From NCBI GenBank assembly GCA_000996205.1, contig LBYO01000002.1, positions 1 to 52,148 of the forward strand: 52,148 nt of DNA, read 5' to 3'. Positions within the stretch are counted from its first letter, which is position 1; each line of letters opens with the position of its first letter. A model generated the notes under the pieces. It did no database searches. It saw nothing but the letters and a program-made list of their open reading frames with translations, and was not told where the DNA came from. The position numbers and the translations under genes were made by a program. The stretch comes from Parcubacteria group bacterium GW2011_GWA1_40_21 (lineage in GTDB: Bacteria; Patescibacteriota; Minisyncoccia; Phycocordibacterales; GWA1-40-21). Shown here in pieces: positions 35,765 through 43,430 of the stretch.

Positions 35765-36646
35765 TCACTTCTCAAGACAGGTGTTAAAAATTTTTACTTT
35801 GCTATTGTATTTATCAACAAGATTCTTTATCTCGCCACTCAAAAGTTTTATTTCTCTGACAACTCCGTTGTATTCTCCAATTTTTTTATTATACTCACCG
35901 ATATCTTTTATTTTTTCTTTTTCCATAGATTCTATTTCAAAATAATAAGCCTTGGCTTTTATATCCAATAAGGCTATCTTGCCTTCGCCTTCATCTATCA
36001 CTTTTTTTATTGAATAATCCGGCTCATCGCAAAGACTCAAAGGCCGTCCAAAGATTTGAACGGCAAGCCAGACTTTTTTGCCTTTATACAATCCTTTTTC
36101 CGCCGCTATTCCTATTTCCGCGTATCGTTTGTTTAAAATGTTAGCCCTGTGTCCGGGACTGTCCATCCATGCCTGCACGAGACCGTCATCGCCGCTAAAA
36201 TTTCCCAAAGCGATATTCTCGCCCACTAAGATGAATTTATAACCGACATCATACGCGATGTCCGAAGCTCCTACGCCCGAAGGCGATTTATGCTCAAAAT
36301 ACTCTTTCTCAAACATATCTTTAATCCTAAGGGCAGCTATCCGAGTGAGCTTTGAATTTTGGGATAATGCCGGCAATGACCCGTTGTCTTTTCTTTGTTT
36401 ATTTGTCCATTCAAGTATTCCGCCAACGGAAAGAAGCGATTCCGGATAATCTTTCTTGCTCAAAACGGGTGGCAATTCCGCGATTTTTTCTTCCGCTTTC
36501 TGAATGATTTTTCGGGTGGAAGTCGCTCCGATATAATCAGACATCTCCGTCAATGTCGGCAAAGAGACTTCCGGTAATTTCAAAAAATAAAATCCGAAGA
36601 CAACAAGAGAAATGAAAATCGCGACTGAAATCAAAAATTTTTTCAC
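35765..36646 (-). CDS. CAP (SCP/PR-1/YkwD-like) domain protein with an N-terminal anchor and C-terminal coiled segment
   Basis: It carries NKQRKDNGSLPAL...HKSPSG...GENIALG...VQAWMDSPGHRANIL. The start codon is GTG. Confidence 0.8.
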   Translation of the reverse strand: MKKFLISVAIFISLVVFGFYFLKLPEVSLPTLTEMSDYIGATSTRKIIQKAEEKIAELPPVLSKKDYPESLLSVGGILEWTNKQRKDNGSLPALSQNSKLTRIAALRIKDMFEKEYFEHKSPSGVGASDIAYDVGYKFILVGENIALGNFSGDDGLVQAWMDSPGHRANILNKRYAEIGIAAEKGLYKGKKVWLAVQIFGRPLSLCDEPDYSIKKVIDEGEGKIALLDIKAKAYYFEIESMEKEKIKDIGEYNKKIGEYNGVVREIKLLSGEIKNLVDKYNSKVKIFNTCLEK

Positions 36647-36681
36647 ATTGATATTTTAACATAATAATTCATCCGTATCGC

Positions 36682-36722
36682 TAAAAATGATAAAGGGAAC
36701 CGCGCCGAAACGCAGTTCCCTT
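36682..36722 (-). terminator. intrinsic terminator after the 36753-37115 gene
   Basis: AAGGGAAC pairs with GUUCCCUU, followed by UUUAUCAUUUUU on the minus strand. Confidence 0.5.
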
Positions 36723-36752
36723 TTAATCAGGGGATGATTTTTTCATTTTAAA

Positions 36753-37115
36753 TTAACAAGCTTTTACTATCGCAAGGTTTACTCTGTTATCAATAAGCCC
36801 CGCCGTTTGAAACAACTTGATTAAATCAGCCGTCAGCCCTTTTTCCATAAGAGAAAGATACTTCTCGCCGATTTTCTCCAATTCAATAGCCGTCTCCACG
36901 AAAATCATATGGATTTTTTCCTTCAATTCCTTGGAATCAAATCCTGCGACGACTTTGTGGAGATATGCCACCTGGTGCATTAACATTTCTGAAACTTTGT
37001 CAACATTCTTGTCGCATGAGTCATAGCCCTGTTGCAAAATGTCCGACAACTCTTTACTTTTGGCTACCGCTCTTTTCATATGTGCGACTTTAGTTGTTGT
37101 TATTGGCCTGACCAT
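36753..37115 (-). CDS. hypothetical helical protein
   Basis: The ATG at 37115 is preceded by AAAGGGGGTGA. No motif was recognised. Confidence 0.55.
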   Translation of the reverse strand: MVRPITTTKVAHMKRAVAKSKELSDILQQGYDSCDKNVDKVSEMLMHQVAYLHKVVAGFDSKELKEKIHMIFVETAIELEKIGEKYLSLMEKGLTADLIKLFQTAGLIDNRVNLAIVKAC

Positions 37116-37243
37116 CTTACTCACCCCCTTTCAAATCGGGTGAAAAAATAAAAAAATAAAAACTGACTAATGCTATTAACATCCCCTTTAAACTACATCA
37201 AAAAATCTTTAAAACTCTTAAAATAAACTAACTCGCAACCAAG

Positions 37244-37270
37244 ACCGGCACAAAAACTGCCGGTTTTTTG
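37244..37270 (+). terminator. orphan plus-strand terminator-like hairpin
   Basis: ACCGGCA-caaaaac-TGCCGGT is followed by TTTTTTG. There is no plus-strand gene upstream. Confidence 0.4.
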
Positions 37271-37407
37271 AAAATATTTCATAATCCTGACGCGCGGTTA
37301 ATTCCAGAGTAATTAAGATTTTTTGTTTATATTACAAAGTGCCAATCTGTCCATCTGCCCTAAATTTTAAACCTTCAGCATGCGTTGTCAAGCCGACTGG
37401 CGCGGAC

Positions 37408-37436
37408 ATAAAAAAGCCCCTTAAACAAAAGGGGCT
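37408..37436 (-). terminator. intrinsic terminator after the 37473-37697 gene
   Basis: AGCCCCUU pairs with AAGGGGCU, followed by UUUUUUAU on the minus strand. Confidence 0.55.
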
Positions 37437-37472
37437 TTTCTCTTTGTGAACAAACAAGGGTTCTTCTTATTA

Positions 37473-37697
37473 TTATTTTAACTCGTACCTAACTTCAGCG
37501 CGAAGCAAATTTGTTTCCTCGTCAAAAGTAAGAAGGTTATTTTCAATTCTTACTCCTATCGGAATACCTCCAGCTTCTTCAATGGCATCTTTTCCTATCT
37601 CAACTTCCTCCCTAATCGCCACATCTCTAAGTCTTTTGAAAATTTTTCCGTTTATATCTCCAATGTCTCCGTAAACGACAAAAGAACATTTTTTCAT
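37473..37697 (-). CDS. hypothetical protein (74 aa)
   Basis: It has a strong SD (GGGAGGA) and its own terminator. No motif was recognised. Confidence 0.55.
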   Translation of the reverse strand: MKKCSFVVYGDIGDINGKIFKRLRDVAIREEVEIGKDAIEEAGGIPIGVRIENNLLTFDEETNLLRAEVRYELK

Positions 37698-37778
37698 TCT
37701 TAAATCCTCCCATTTGTTTAGAATGACTGAATTAAAATAAAGATTCTATCAAAACAATATACTATATCCATAGAAAAG

Positions 37779-38030
37779 TCAAGGTCTAAGGTTTTTTAAT
37801 TCTTCAATTATCCTGACATCCCACAACCTCTTTCTTTTGATAATCGGGGCTTGGCTTTTGGAATTGAGAGATTCAATTTTCCCTGTCGCCGATAATCCAT
37901 ACCTTTCCCAAAAAGCCAATATGCGGGCTTTGCGCAACGCTTGTTCGGTAATCATATACCGATACCTTATCGCATCATTGTAGACGGTGACAAACCCCTT
38001 GATCCCTCGATATTTTGAGTGTATTTTCAT
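37779..38030 (-). pseudogene. N-terminal remnant of an IS481/IS3-like transposase (HTH part only; no catalytic domain follows)
   Basis: ALRKARILAFWERYGLSAT and SKSQAPIIKRKRLWDVRIIEELKNLR resemble the N-terminal region of DDE transposases, recalled from memory. The ORF stops after 83 aa. Confidence 0.45.
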
Positions 38031-38107
38031 ATTGCGCCCATTTGATTAATGAGTGCAATATGTTTGTGAGGTTAGACAGGTTTTTTGATTGAAATATTAA
38101 ACCTTTA

Positions 38108-38144
38108 TTAAATTCTGTGGGTATCAGATACCCACAGAATTTAA
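38108..38144. repeat. D-family palindrome TTAAATTCTGTGGGTATC-A-GATACCCACAGAATTTAA
   Basis: The arms are a perfect 18 nt. It lies directly after the rpsP stop codon. Confidence 0.65.
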
Positions 38145-38165
38145 TAGAACTTGAATCGACGAAAA

Positions 38166-38543
38166 TTAAGCGGCCGGAGCGGTCGGAGTAGGGGTCTCGG
38201 TTGCTACGGGCGCAGATGGTTCAACCGCCTCTTTTTTGGCTTCCTCTTTCACTTCTTTCACAATAGGTCTCTTTTTCGGCAAGACATTTATCTTTTTGCC
38301 GCTTATAACTTTCTCGCTTATTAAAAGATTATTCATAGTTTCCGAAACTTGAGCTCCGTTTGAAATCCAATATTTTATTCTGTCGCCATTTATTTTGTTA
38401 TTGCCTTTTCCTTCTCTGAAATCGTGCGAGCCGAGAATTTCCAAAGCCTTGCCGCTTTTTGGGCCCATTTTGGAATCAACCAATACAATACGAAAAGACG
38501 GCTCGTTTTTCCTGCCCACCCTTTGTAGTCTTATTTTTAACAT
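38166..38543 (-). CDS. rpsP: 30S ribosomal protein S16 with a Pro/Ala/Thr-rich C-terminal extension
   Basis: It begins MLKIRLQRVGRKNEPSFRIVLVDS. The start was trimmed to the ATG at 38543. Confidence 0.9.
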   Translation of the reverse strand: MLKIRLQRVGRKNEPSFRIVLVDSKMGPKSGKALEILGSHDFREGKGNNKINGDRIKYWISNGAQVSETMNNLLISEKVISGKKINVLPKKRPIVKEVKEEAKKEAVEPSAPVATETPTPTAPAA

Positions 38544-38580
38544 AAATAGTATGCTAACAGAAAGTCCTTGAGAGGTCAAT

Positions 38581-38818
38581 CAAAACGCGGATACAAATTT
38601 CTAATGTCTAATTCCTAATTTCTAATCAATACCCAAATCACAATACCTAAATAAAGAAATGAGAAAATCAAAAGTTCAATTGGGTTTTAGTTTCATTGTT
38701 CATTGAAATTTCATTAGGTCAATTAGAAATTAGAAATTGCCCTTGCTAGCTTCTTTCCTAAAACCTAACACCTAGAAACTAGTCCCTATAACCTAGTCCC
38801 TAATCTAAAACTCTGCTA
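38581..38818. repeat. F-family composite repeat, internally inverted (38590-38650 vs 38700-38745), filling the rpsP/rnr divergent region
   Basis: It shares the 27-nt core (38712-38738) and the CCTAAAACCTAACACCTAGAAAC units with 26541-26693. Confidence 0.6.
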
Positions 38819-38820
38819 CA

Positions 38821-40770
38821 ATGCAAAATATGAAAAAACATACAGACGGAAAGACAAAAATAATCGGAACAATAAGCATGAATTCAAAGGGGGTCGGATT
38901 CGTGACGACGGATTTATTTGACGAAGATGTTGAAATACAAACGACATCTTTAAATACCGCCCTTAATAAAGATGAGGTGGAAATATTGATTCACCCGGGA
39001 TTAAGCAGGCAGAAAAGGCATTTGGGAGAAGTTTTGAAAATAATCAAAAGAGCGAAAGATTCTTTCGTTGGTATTTTGGAAAAAGAAAATGACGAATTTT
39101 TCCTCGTTCCCGACGACAAGAAAGTCTATGTGGACATACTTATTCCCAAAGAGCGCGCCAAAGGCGCGCAGGGCGGAGAAAAAGTTTTGGCAAAATTGAT
39201 AAAATGGGACGATCCGAAAAAATCGCCGGAAGGAGAAGTGGTGAAAATCTTGGGCAATAAAGGAGAACATAATGTTGAAATGGAATCAATCGTTCTTGAA
39301 AAAGGATTTGAAATAGAATTTCCTTATGAAGTTGAGAAGGAAGCCGAAGCGACCGCGAAAAACGAAAAGGACATCTCGGAAGAAATTAAAAAAAGGCGGG
39401 ACTTCAGAGATACGCTAACTTTCACGATTGACCCCGTTGACGCGAAAGATTTTGACGACGCCATATCGCTCAAAGAAATCGGCGGAGGAAAATACGAAAT
39501 CGGAGTTCATATAGCCGATGTCTCGCACTATGTCAGAGAAGGAACATCAATGAACACAGAGGCAAGAAAAAGAGGCTTCTCCGTTTATCTGGTGGATAGG
39601 ACAATACCGATGCTTCCCGAAATACTGTCTAACGACATTTGCAGTTTGAATCCGATGGAAGAAAAACTTTCTTTCTCCTCCGTTTTTGTTATGGATAAAA
39701 ACGGCAGCATCTTGGAAAGATGGTTTGGAAAAACAATAATAAAATCTGACAAAAGATTTTCCTACGAAGAAGCGCAGGCGGTTTTGGACGCGAAATTGGG
39801 AGAGTGTTATGAACCGTTAAACACTTTGAATGTCATCGCTAAAAAACTCCGCGACGATAAATTCAAAAAAGGAGCGATTGATTTTGAGCAAGATGAAGTG
39901 AAATTTGAGCTTGATAAAGACGGCAAGCCTTTGCGAATTTATATTAAAAAAAGATTGGATACTCACAAACTGGTGGAGGAATTTATGCTTTTGGCAAACA
40001 AGGAAGTGGCCGAATTTATTTTCAAAGCCAGCAAAAGCAGACAAGAAAAACACAACCCTTTCATCTATCGCATTCACGATGTTCCCGACAAAGAAAAGAT
40101 TGCCCAGCTTTCCGTATTCTTGAAAGCGCTTGGATACGAGCTGGAGCTTAAAGAAAAAGGCTTGACCGCTAAAGACTTGCAAATGCTTTTCAAAATGATT
40201 GATGGCAAGGCGGAAGAGTCAATGATAAAGACGGCGGCGATTCGCTCTATGGCCAAAGCCGTTTATTCCACCAAAAACATCGGGCATTTCGGCTTGGCTT
40301 TTGAATACTACACGCACTTCACTTCTCCCATCCGAAGATACGCCGACCTTTTGGTGCACAGACTTTTGGAAAAACATCTTCAAGACAAAACTATTCCGAA
40401 ACACGAATGGAATCTGTACGAGAAAATGGCGATAGAGACCACCGAAAAAGAAATCGCCGCCGCGGAAGCGGAACGCAATTCCAAAAAATACAAGCAAGTT
40501 GAATATATGAAGGAACATATCGGCGAAGTGTTTGATGGAGTGATTTCAGGCGTCACGGAATGGGGTTTGTATGTGGAAGAAACGAACACAAAATCCGACG
40601 GTATGGTGAGCTTGAGGAATTTGACTGATGATTATTATATTATGGATGAGAAAAATTACGCTTTAATCGGAGAGAAAACCAAGAAAAAATACGGCCTCGG
40701 CGACAAGGTGAAAGTAAAGCTTCTCGGCGCCGATTTGGACAGGAGGACTTTGGATTATATTTTTGTATAA
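38821..40770 (+). CDS. rnr: ribonuclease R
   Basis: It has an N-terminal cold-shock-like region, the RNB motifs DPVDAKDFDDAISL and HFGLAFEYYTHFTSPIRRYADLLVHR, and a C-terminal S1 domain. Confidence 0.9.
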   Translation: MQNMKKHTDGKTKIIGTISMNSKGVGFVTTDLFDEDVEIQTTSLNTALNKDEVEILIHPGLSRQKRHLGEVLKIIKRAKDSFVGILEKENDEFFLVPDDKKVYVDILIPKERAKGAQGGEKVLAKLIKWDDPKKSPEGEVVKILGNKGEHNVEMESIVLEKGFEIEFPYEVEKEAEATAKNEKDISEEIKKRRDFRDTLTFTIDPVDAKDFDDAISLKEIGGGKYEIGVHIADVSHYVREGTSMNTEARKRGFSVYLVDRTIPMLPEILSNDICSLNPMEEKLSFSSVFVMDKNGSILERWFGKTIIKSDKRFSYEEAQAVLDAKLGECYEPLNTLNVIAKKLRDDKFKKGAIDFEQDEVKFELDKDGKPLRIYIKKRLDTHKLVEEFMLLANKEVAEFIFKASKSRQEKHNPFIYRIHDVPDKEKIAQLSVFLKALGYELELKEKGLTAKDLQMLFKMIDGKAEESMIKTAAIRSMAKAVYSTKNIGHFGLAFEYYTHFTSPIRRYADLLVHRLLEKHLQDKTIPKHEWNLYEKMAIETTEKEIAAAEAERNSKKYKQVEYMKEHIGEVFDGVISGVTEWGLYVEETNTKSDGMVSLRNLTDDYYIMDEKNYALIGEKTKKKYGLGDKVKVKLLGADLDRRTLDYIFV

Positions 40771-40785
40771 TACTTTGAACTGCGA

Positions 40786-40900
40786 TGTCCCAAATCACGA
40801 AATGCAAAAATTTATGGTCTGGTTGAGCAAAAACATTTTAAAAAATAAATAGCTTTTGCGACCCGAGGACCTAAATTTTTGCATTTCGTGATTTGGGGCA
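40786..40900. repeat. E-family long hairpin element, copy 1 (~31-bp stem, ~50-nt conserved centre)
   Basis: TGTCCCAAATCACGAAATGCAAAAATTTA..GGTC pairs with GACCTAAATTTTTGCATTTCGTGATTTGGGGCA. Copy 2 lies at 47121-47230. Confidence 0.8.
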
Positions 40901-40949
40901 CAACAACATCAAAAAAATTAATTCACAATATTGAGATTATAATAAAACA

Positions 40950-42251
40950 ATGCGTAATAATATCGTCCATCAAGGAGCGGGAGAATTGACCTATGAGATA
41001 AGAGGGATAGTGGAAGTGGCTGAAAAAATAAAAGGTCTCGGGCAGGAAATATATTGGGAAAACATCGGCGATCCGGTGGCAAAAGGTTATCAAATTCCAG
41101 AATGGATAAAAGATATGGTTAAAAAAGCGATTGATGATAACAAGTCGTTCGCCTACAATCCGACTAAAGGACTGCTTGAAACCCGCAATTTTCTAATGAA
41201 AAAACGCAACTCTAAAGGCGGAGCCAAGATTACCGCCGAAGACATTTGTTTTTTCAACGGACTAGGCGACGCGATTTCAAAGGTATACACATACCTTAAA
41301 AAAGAAGCCCGCGTGATAGGTCCATCGCCCGCTTATTCCACCCATTCTTCCGCCGAAGGCGCGCACGCCGGCTATCCTCATATTACTTATAATCTCCTGC
41401 CGGAAAAAAATTGGCTACCGGATCTAAACGACTTGCGAAATAAAATAAAATATAACCCCGCCATTTCCGGAATTTTAATCATCAACCCGGACAATCCAAC
41501 CGGAATGGTTTATCCGAAGAAAGTCCTGCAAGAGATGGTAAAAATCGCCAAAGAATACGACCTATTTATCGTGAGCGACGAAATTTATTGCAATGTGGCG
41601 CACGACAAAAAAAAGATGACCGCGCTTGCCGAAATAATCGGCGATGTCCCGGGCATAGCGATGAAAGGCATATCTAAAGAATTCCCTTGGCCTGGAAGCC
41701 GATGCGGTTGGATAGAAATTTACAATAAAGACAAAGATGAAATTTTCGCGAAATATGTAAAAAGCATTGTGAACGCCAAGATGCTTGAAGTCTGCTCCAC
41801 CACTCTGCCCCAGAGCGTCATCCCCGCCATAATGTCCGACCCGCGCTACGAATCTCATCTTGAAGAAAGGCGGAAATTTTATAAAAAAAGAGCCGGAATG
41901 GCGTTTGATATTTTAAAAAAAGTTCAAGGTATAATTTCCCCGAAAGCGGCAGGCGCTTTTTATGTTTCTACTGTATTCAAGGACGGTGTATTAAACGGCA
42001 GGCAAACCTTAAAAATTAAAAATGACAAAGTGAGAAAATTCGTGGAAGAAAAAACGGCGAACGGCGTTTCGCCGGACAAAAGATTCGTCTATTATCTTAT
42101 GGGCGCGACAGGCATCTGCGTCGTTCCCCTTTCCGGATTCAACTGCAACCTCCAAGGCTTCCGCGCCACCCTCCTTGAATCCGACGACTCCAAATTCAAA
42201 TGGATTTTTGAGACTTTGGGGAAGAAGATAGGTGAATATTTGAAAAGCTAA
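40950..42251 (+). CDS. class I/II pyridoxal-phosphate-dependent aminotransferase (AlaA-like)
   Basis: The 433-aa ORF carries INPDNPTG, VSDEIY and SKEFPWPGSRCGW, the last containing the PLP lysine. Confidence 0.85.
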   Translation: MRNNIVHQGAGELTYEIRGIVEVAEKIKGLGQEIYWENIGDPVAKGYQIPEWIKDMVKKAIDDNKSFAYNPTKGLLETRNFLMKKRNSKGGAKITAEDICFFNGLGDAISKVYTYLKKEARVIGPSPAYSTHSSAEGAHAGYPHITYNLLPEKNWLPDLNDLRNKIKYNPAISGILIINPDNPTGMVYPKKVLQEMVKIAKEYDLFIVSDEIYCNVAHDKKKMTALAEIIGDVPGIAMKGISKEFPWPGSRCGWIEIYNKDKDEIFAKYVKSIVNAKMLEVCSTTLPQSVIPAIMSDPRYESHLEERRKFYKKRAGMAFDILKKVQGIISPKAAGAFYVSTVFKDGVLNGRQTLKIKNDKVRKFVEEKTANGVSPDKRFVYYLMGATGICVVPLSGFNCNLQGFRATLLESDDSKFKWIFETLGKKIGEYLKS

Positions 42252-42300
42252 TTCTATACCCCCTTGAACATAGAGTGTCTAAGCTCTTTAATTCAGTCAT

Positions 42301-42334
42301 AAAAAAAATCCACAGAAAAATTATCTTCTGTGGA
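42301..42334 (-). terminator. intrinsic terminator of the ncRNA locus (its hairpin can also act for the plus-strand aminotransferase gene)
   Basis: The minus-strand RNA reads UCCACAGAA-gauaauuu-UUCUGUGGA followed by U8 (the plus-strand A-run at 42301-42308). Confidence 0.6.
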
Positions 42335-42626
42335 CTTTTCAAAATGTCCAAGTCTACCTTATACTGGTTACCCAGTTTTCTCCCAAAGAGGGTGGTATTT
42401 CAAGGACGAATCTGCCCCGCCGGAACGGTAGCCTAGCATGTGGCTTCATTTTCTCCCACCTATCCTACGCAACTTTTTGCAAGGTAGACCGAATTGACTA
42501 GACGGAATCGAACCGCCCCCGCTTCCCAAACCAAGAGGAGTATAATCGCTAGGAAAATATACCTGTCCTAATTTATAGGGAAAAAATGCGGACTGCCTTT
42601 GTTAGTCAGGACATTAAGAACAATCT
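42301..42626 (-). ncRNA. candidate ~325-nt ncRNA: tRNA-like T-arm/acceptor module followed by a 23S rRNA L1-stalk (H76-78)-like module
   Basis: There is no ORF, and the locus has its own promoter and terminator. GCGUAGGAUAGGUGGGAG (42453-42470) and CCUUGAAAUACCACCCU (42389-42405) are the conserved L1-stalk strands. They are closed by the helix 42481-42490 with 42352-42360. The T-arm GGCGG-UUCGAUU-CCGUC lies at 42501-42517. The ends are approximate. Confidence 0.5.
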
Positions 42627-42632
42627 TGAATA

Positions 42633-42660
42633 AGTATGATTATTTTTGCGCGTTTGTCAA
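42633..42660 (-). promoter_or_regulatory. candidate promoter TTGACA-16 nt-CATACT for the ncRNA locus
   Basis: On the minus strand the hexamers lie at 42655-42660 and 42633-42638. The geometry matches the rpoB candidate promoter. Confidence 0.45.
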
Positions 42661-42666
42661 TAAAAA

Positions 42667-43149
42667 TCATATTTTCAATTCCATCCTTAATGTCTCCGGT
42701 AAGTATTTATTCTTTGGATATTTAACAATCTTTACTTTTTGAAATCTGCATTGTTCATAAGCACGAATCGCCCTAAGGTTTGTTGGTCTTACTTCCAAAT
42801 AAATATTAGAAATTCCAATTTTTTTCGCCTTTCTCACGAGAATATTTATTGCCCTTGATCCAATTCCTTTATCCCAATATTTTTTCTCTCCAATGACAAT
42901 CTGCGTTTCGTGCCAATTATTTCGCCTTTTAACCAATGATATGTGCCCGATAACTTCCCGGTCCGCAATCATCCTAAAATTATAATCATTTTTGTTTTCT
43001 AATATCACTTGAAAATATTTATCGACTTCTTGATCTGAAATTACCTTCAAAATACCGCTTGTTAATTTAAGCAGTTCTTTGTCCCTCCACCATTTTGCAA
43101 AATAATTTTTGTCAGACAGTTTAATTTTTCTTAAGTTAATTTTAATCAT
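42667..43149 (-). CDS. GNAT N-acetyltransferase, RimJ/RimL-like
   Basis: It carries IVIGEKKYWDKGIGSRAINILV (motif A) and NLRAIRAYEQCRFQK. The start was trimmed to the ATG at 43149. Confidence 0.75.
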   Translation of the reverse strand: MIKINLRKIKLSDKNYFAKWWRDKELLKLTSGILKVISDQEVDKYFQVILENKNDYNFRMIADREVIGHISLVKRRNNWHETQIVIGEKKYWDKGIGSRAINILVRKAKKIGISNIYLEVRPTNLRAIRAYEQCRFQKVKIVKYPKNKYLPETLRMELKI

Positions 43150-43172
43150 AAATAAAAAAGATGGTCTACCAA

Positions 43173-43427
43173 TCAATACAATTCTGAGTGGGTGCCGATT
43201 TTCATAAATATAGCCACGCCGTTTTCTTCTTTAAATATCGCTCTGTAATCTCCTGTCACATTGATACTTCTGCAATCTGTGAAAGTCTTGTCTACTGAGT
43301 GATTTTTCAGCGTTGCGTTAGTCCTGTCTTTCATAAAGACTTCTAAACGCTCATAAAACTGATTCTGTAATTTCGGTGATAATTTCTTCAATTTCTTTTT
43401 GAAGTCCTTATGAAAATTAATCTCCAT
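43173..43427 (-). CDS. type II toxin, RelE/YafQ family mRNA interferase
   Basis: The 84-aa ORF carries CRSINVTGDYRAIFKEENGVAIFMKIGTHSELY, the typical C-terminal signature. Confidence 0.8.
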   Translation of the reverse strand: MEINFHKDFKKKLKKLSPKLQNQFYERLEVFMKDRTNATLKNHSVDKTFTDCRSINVTGDYRAIFKEENGVAIFMKIGTHSELY

Positions 43428-43430
43428 ATA

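Noticed and set aside
42495-42608. A canonical tRNA gene, suggested by the perfect T-arm GGCGG-UUCGAUU-CCGUC
   Set aside because: The paired ends are ~114 nt apart. There is no D-arm or 7-nt anticodon loop that I can fold. The acceptor is only 6 bp, starts with U, and is not followed by CCA. I describe it as a tRNA-like module instead.
42301-42626. tmRNA, RNase P RNA, SRP RNA or 6S RNA as the identity of the ncRNA locus
   Set aside because: The tmRNA GGGG 5' end, tag reading frame and 3'-terminal position of the T-arm are all absent. So are the RNase P GAGGAAAGUCC and ACAGAA boxes and the SRP GGAA/AGCAGC domain IV motif. The strongest matches are to the 23S H76-78 strands.
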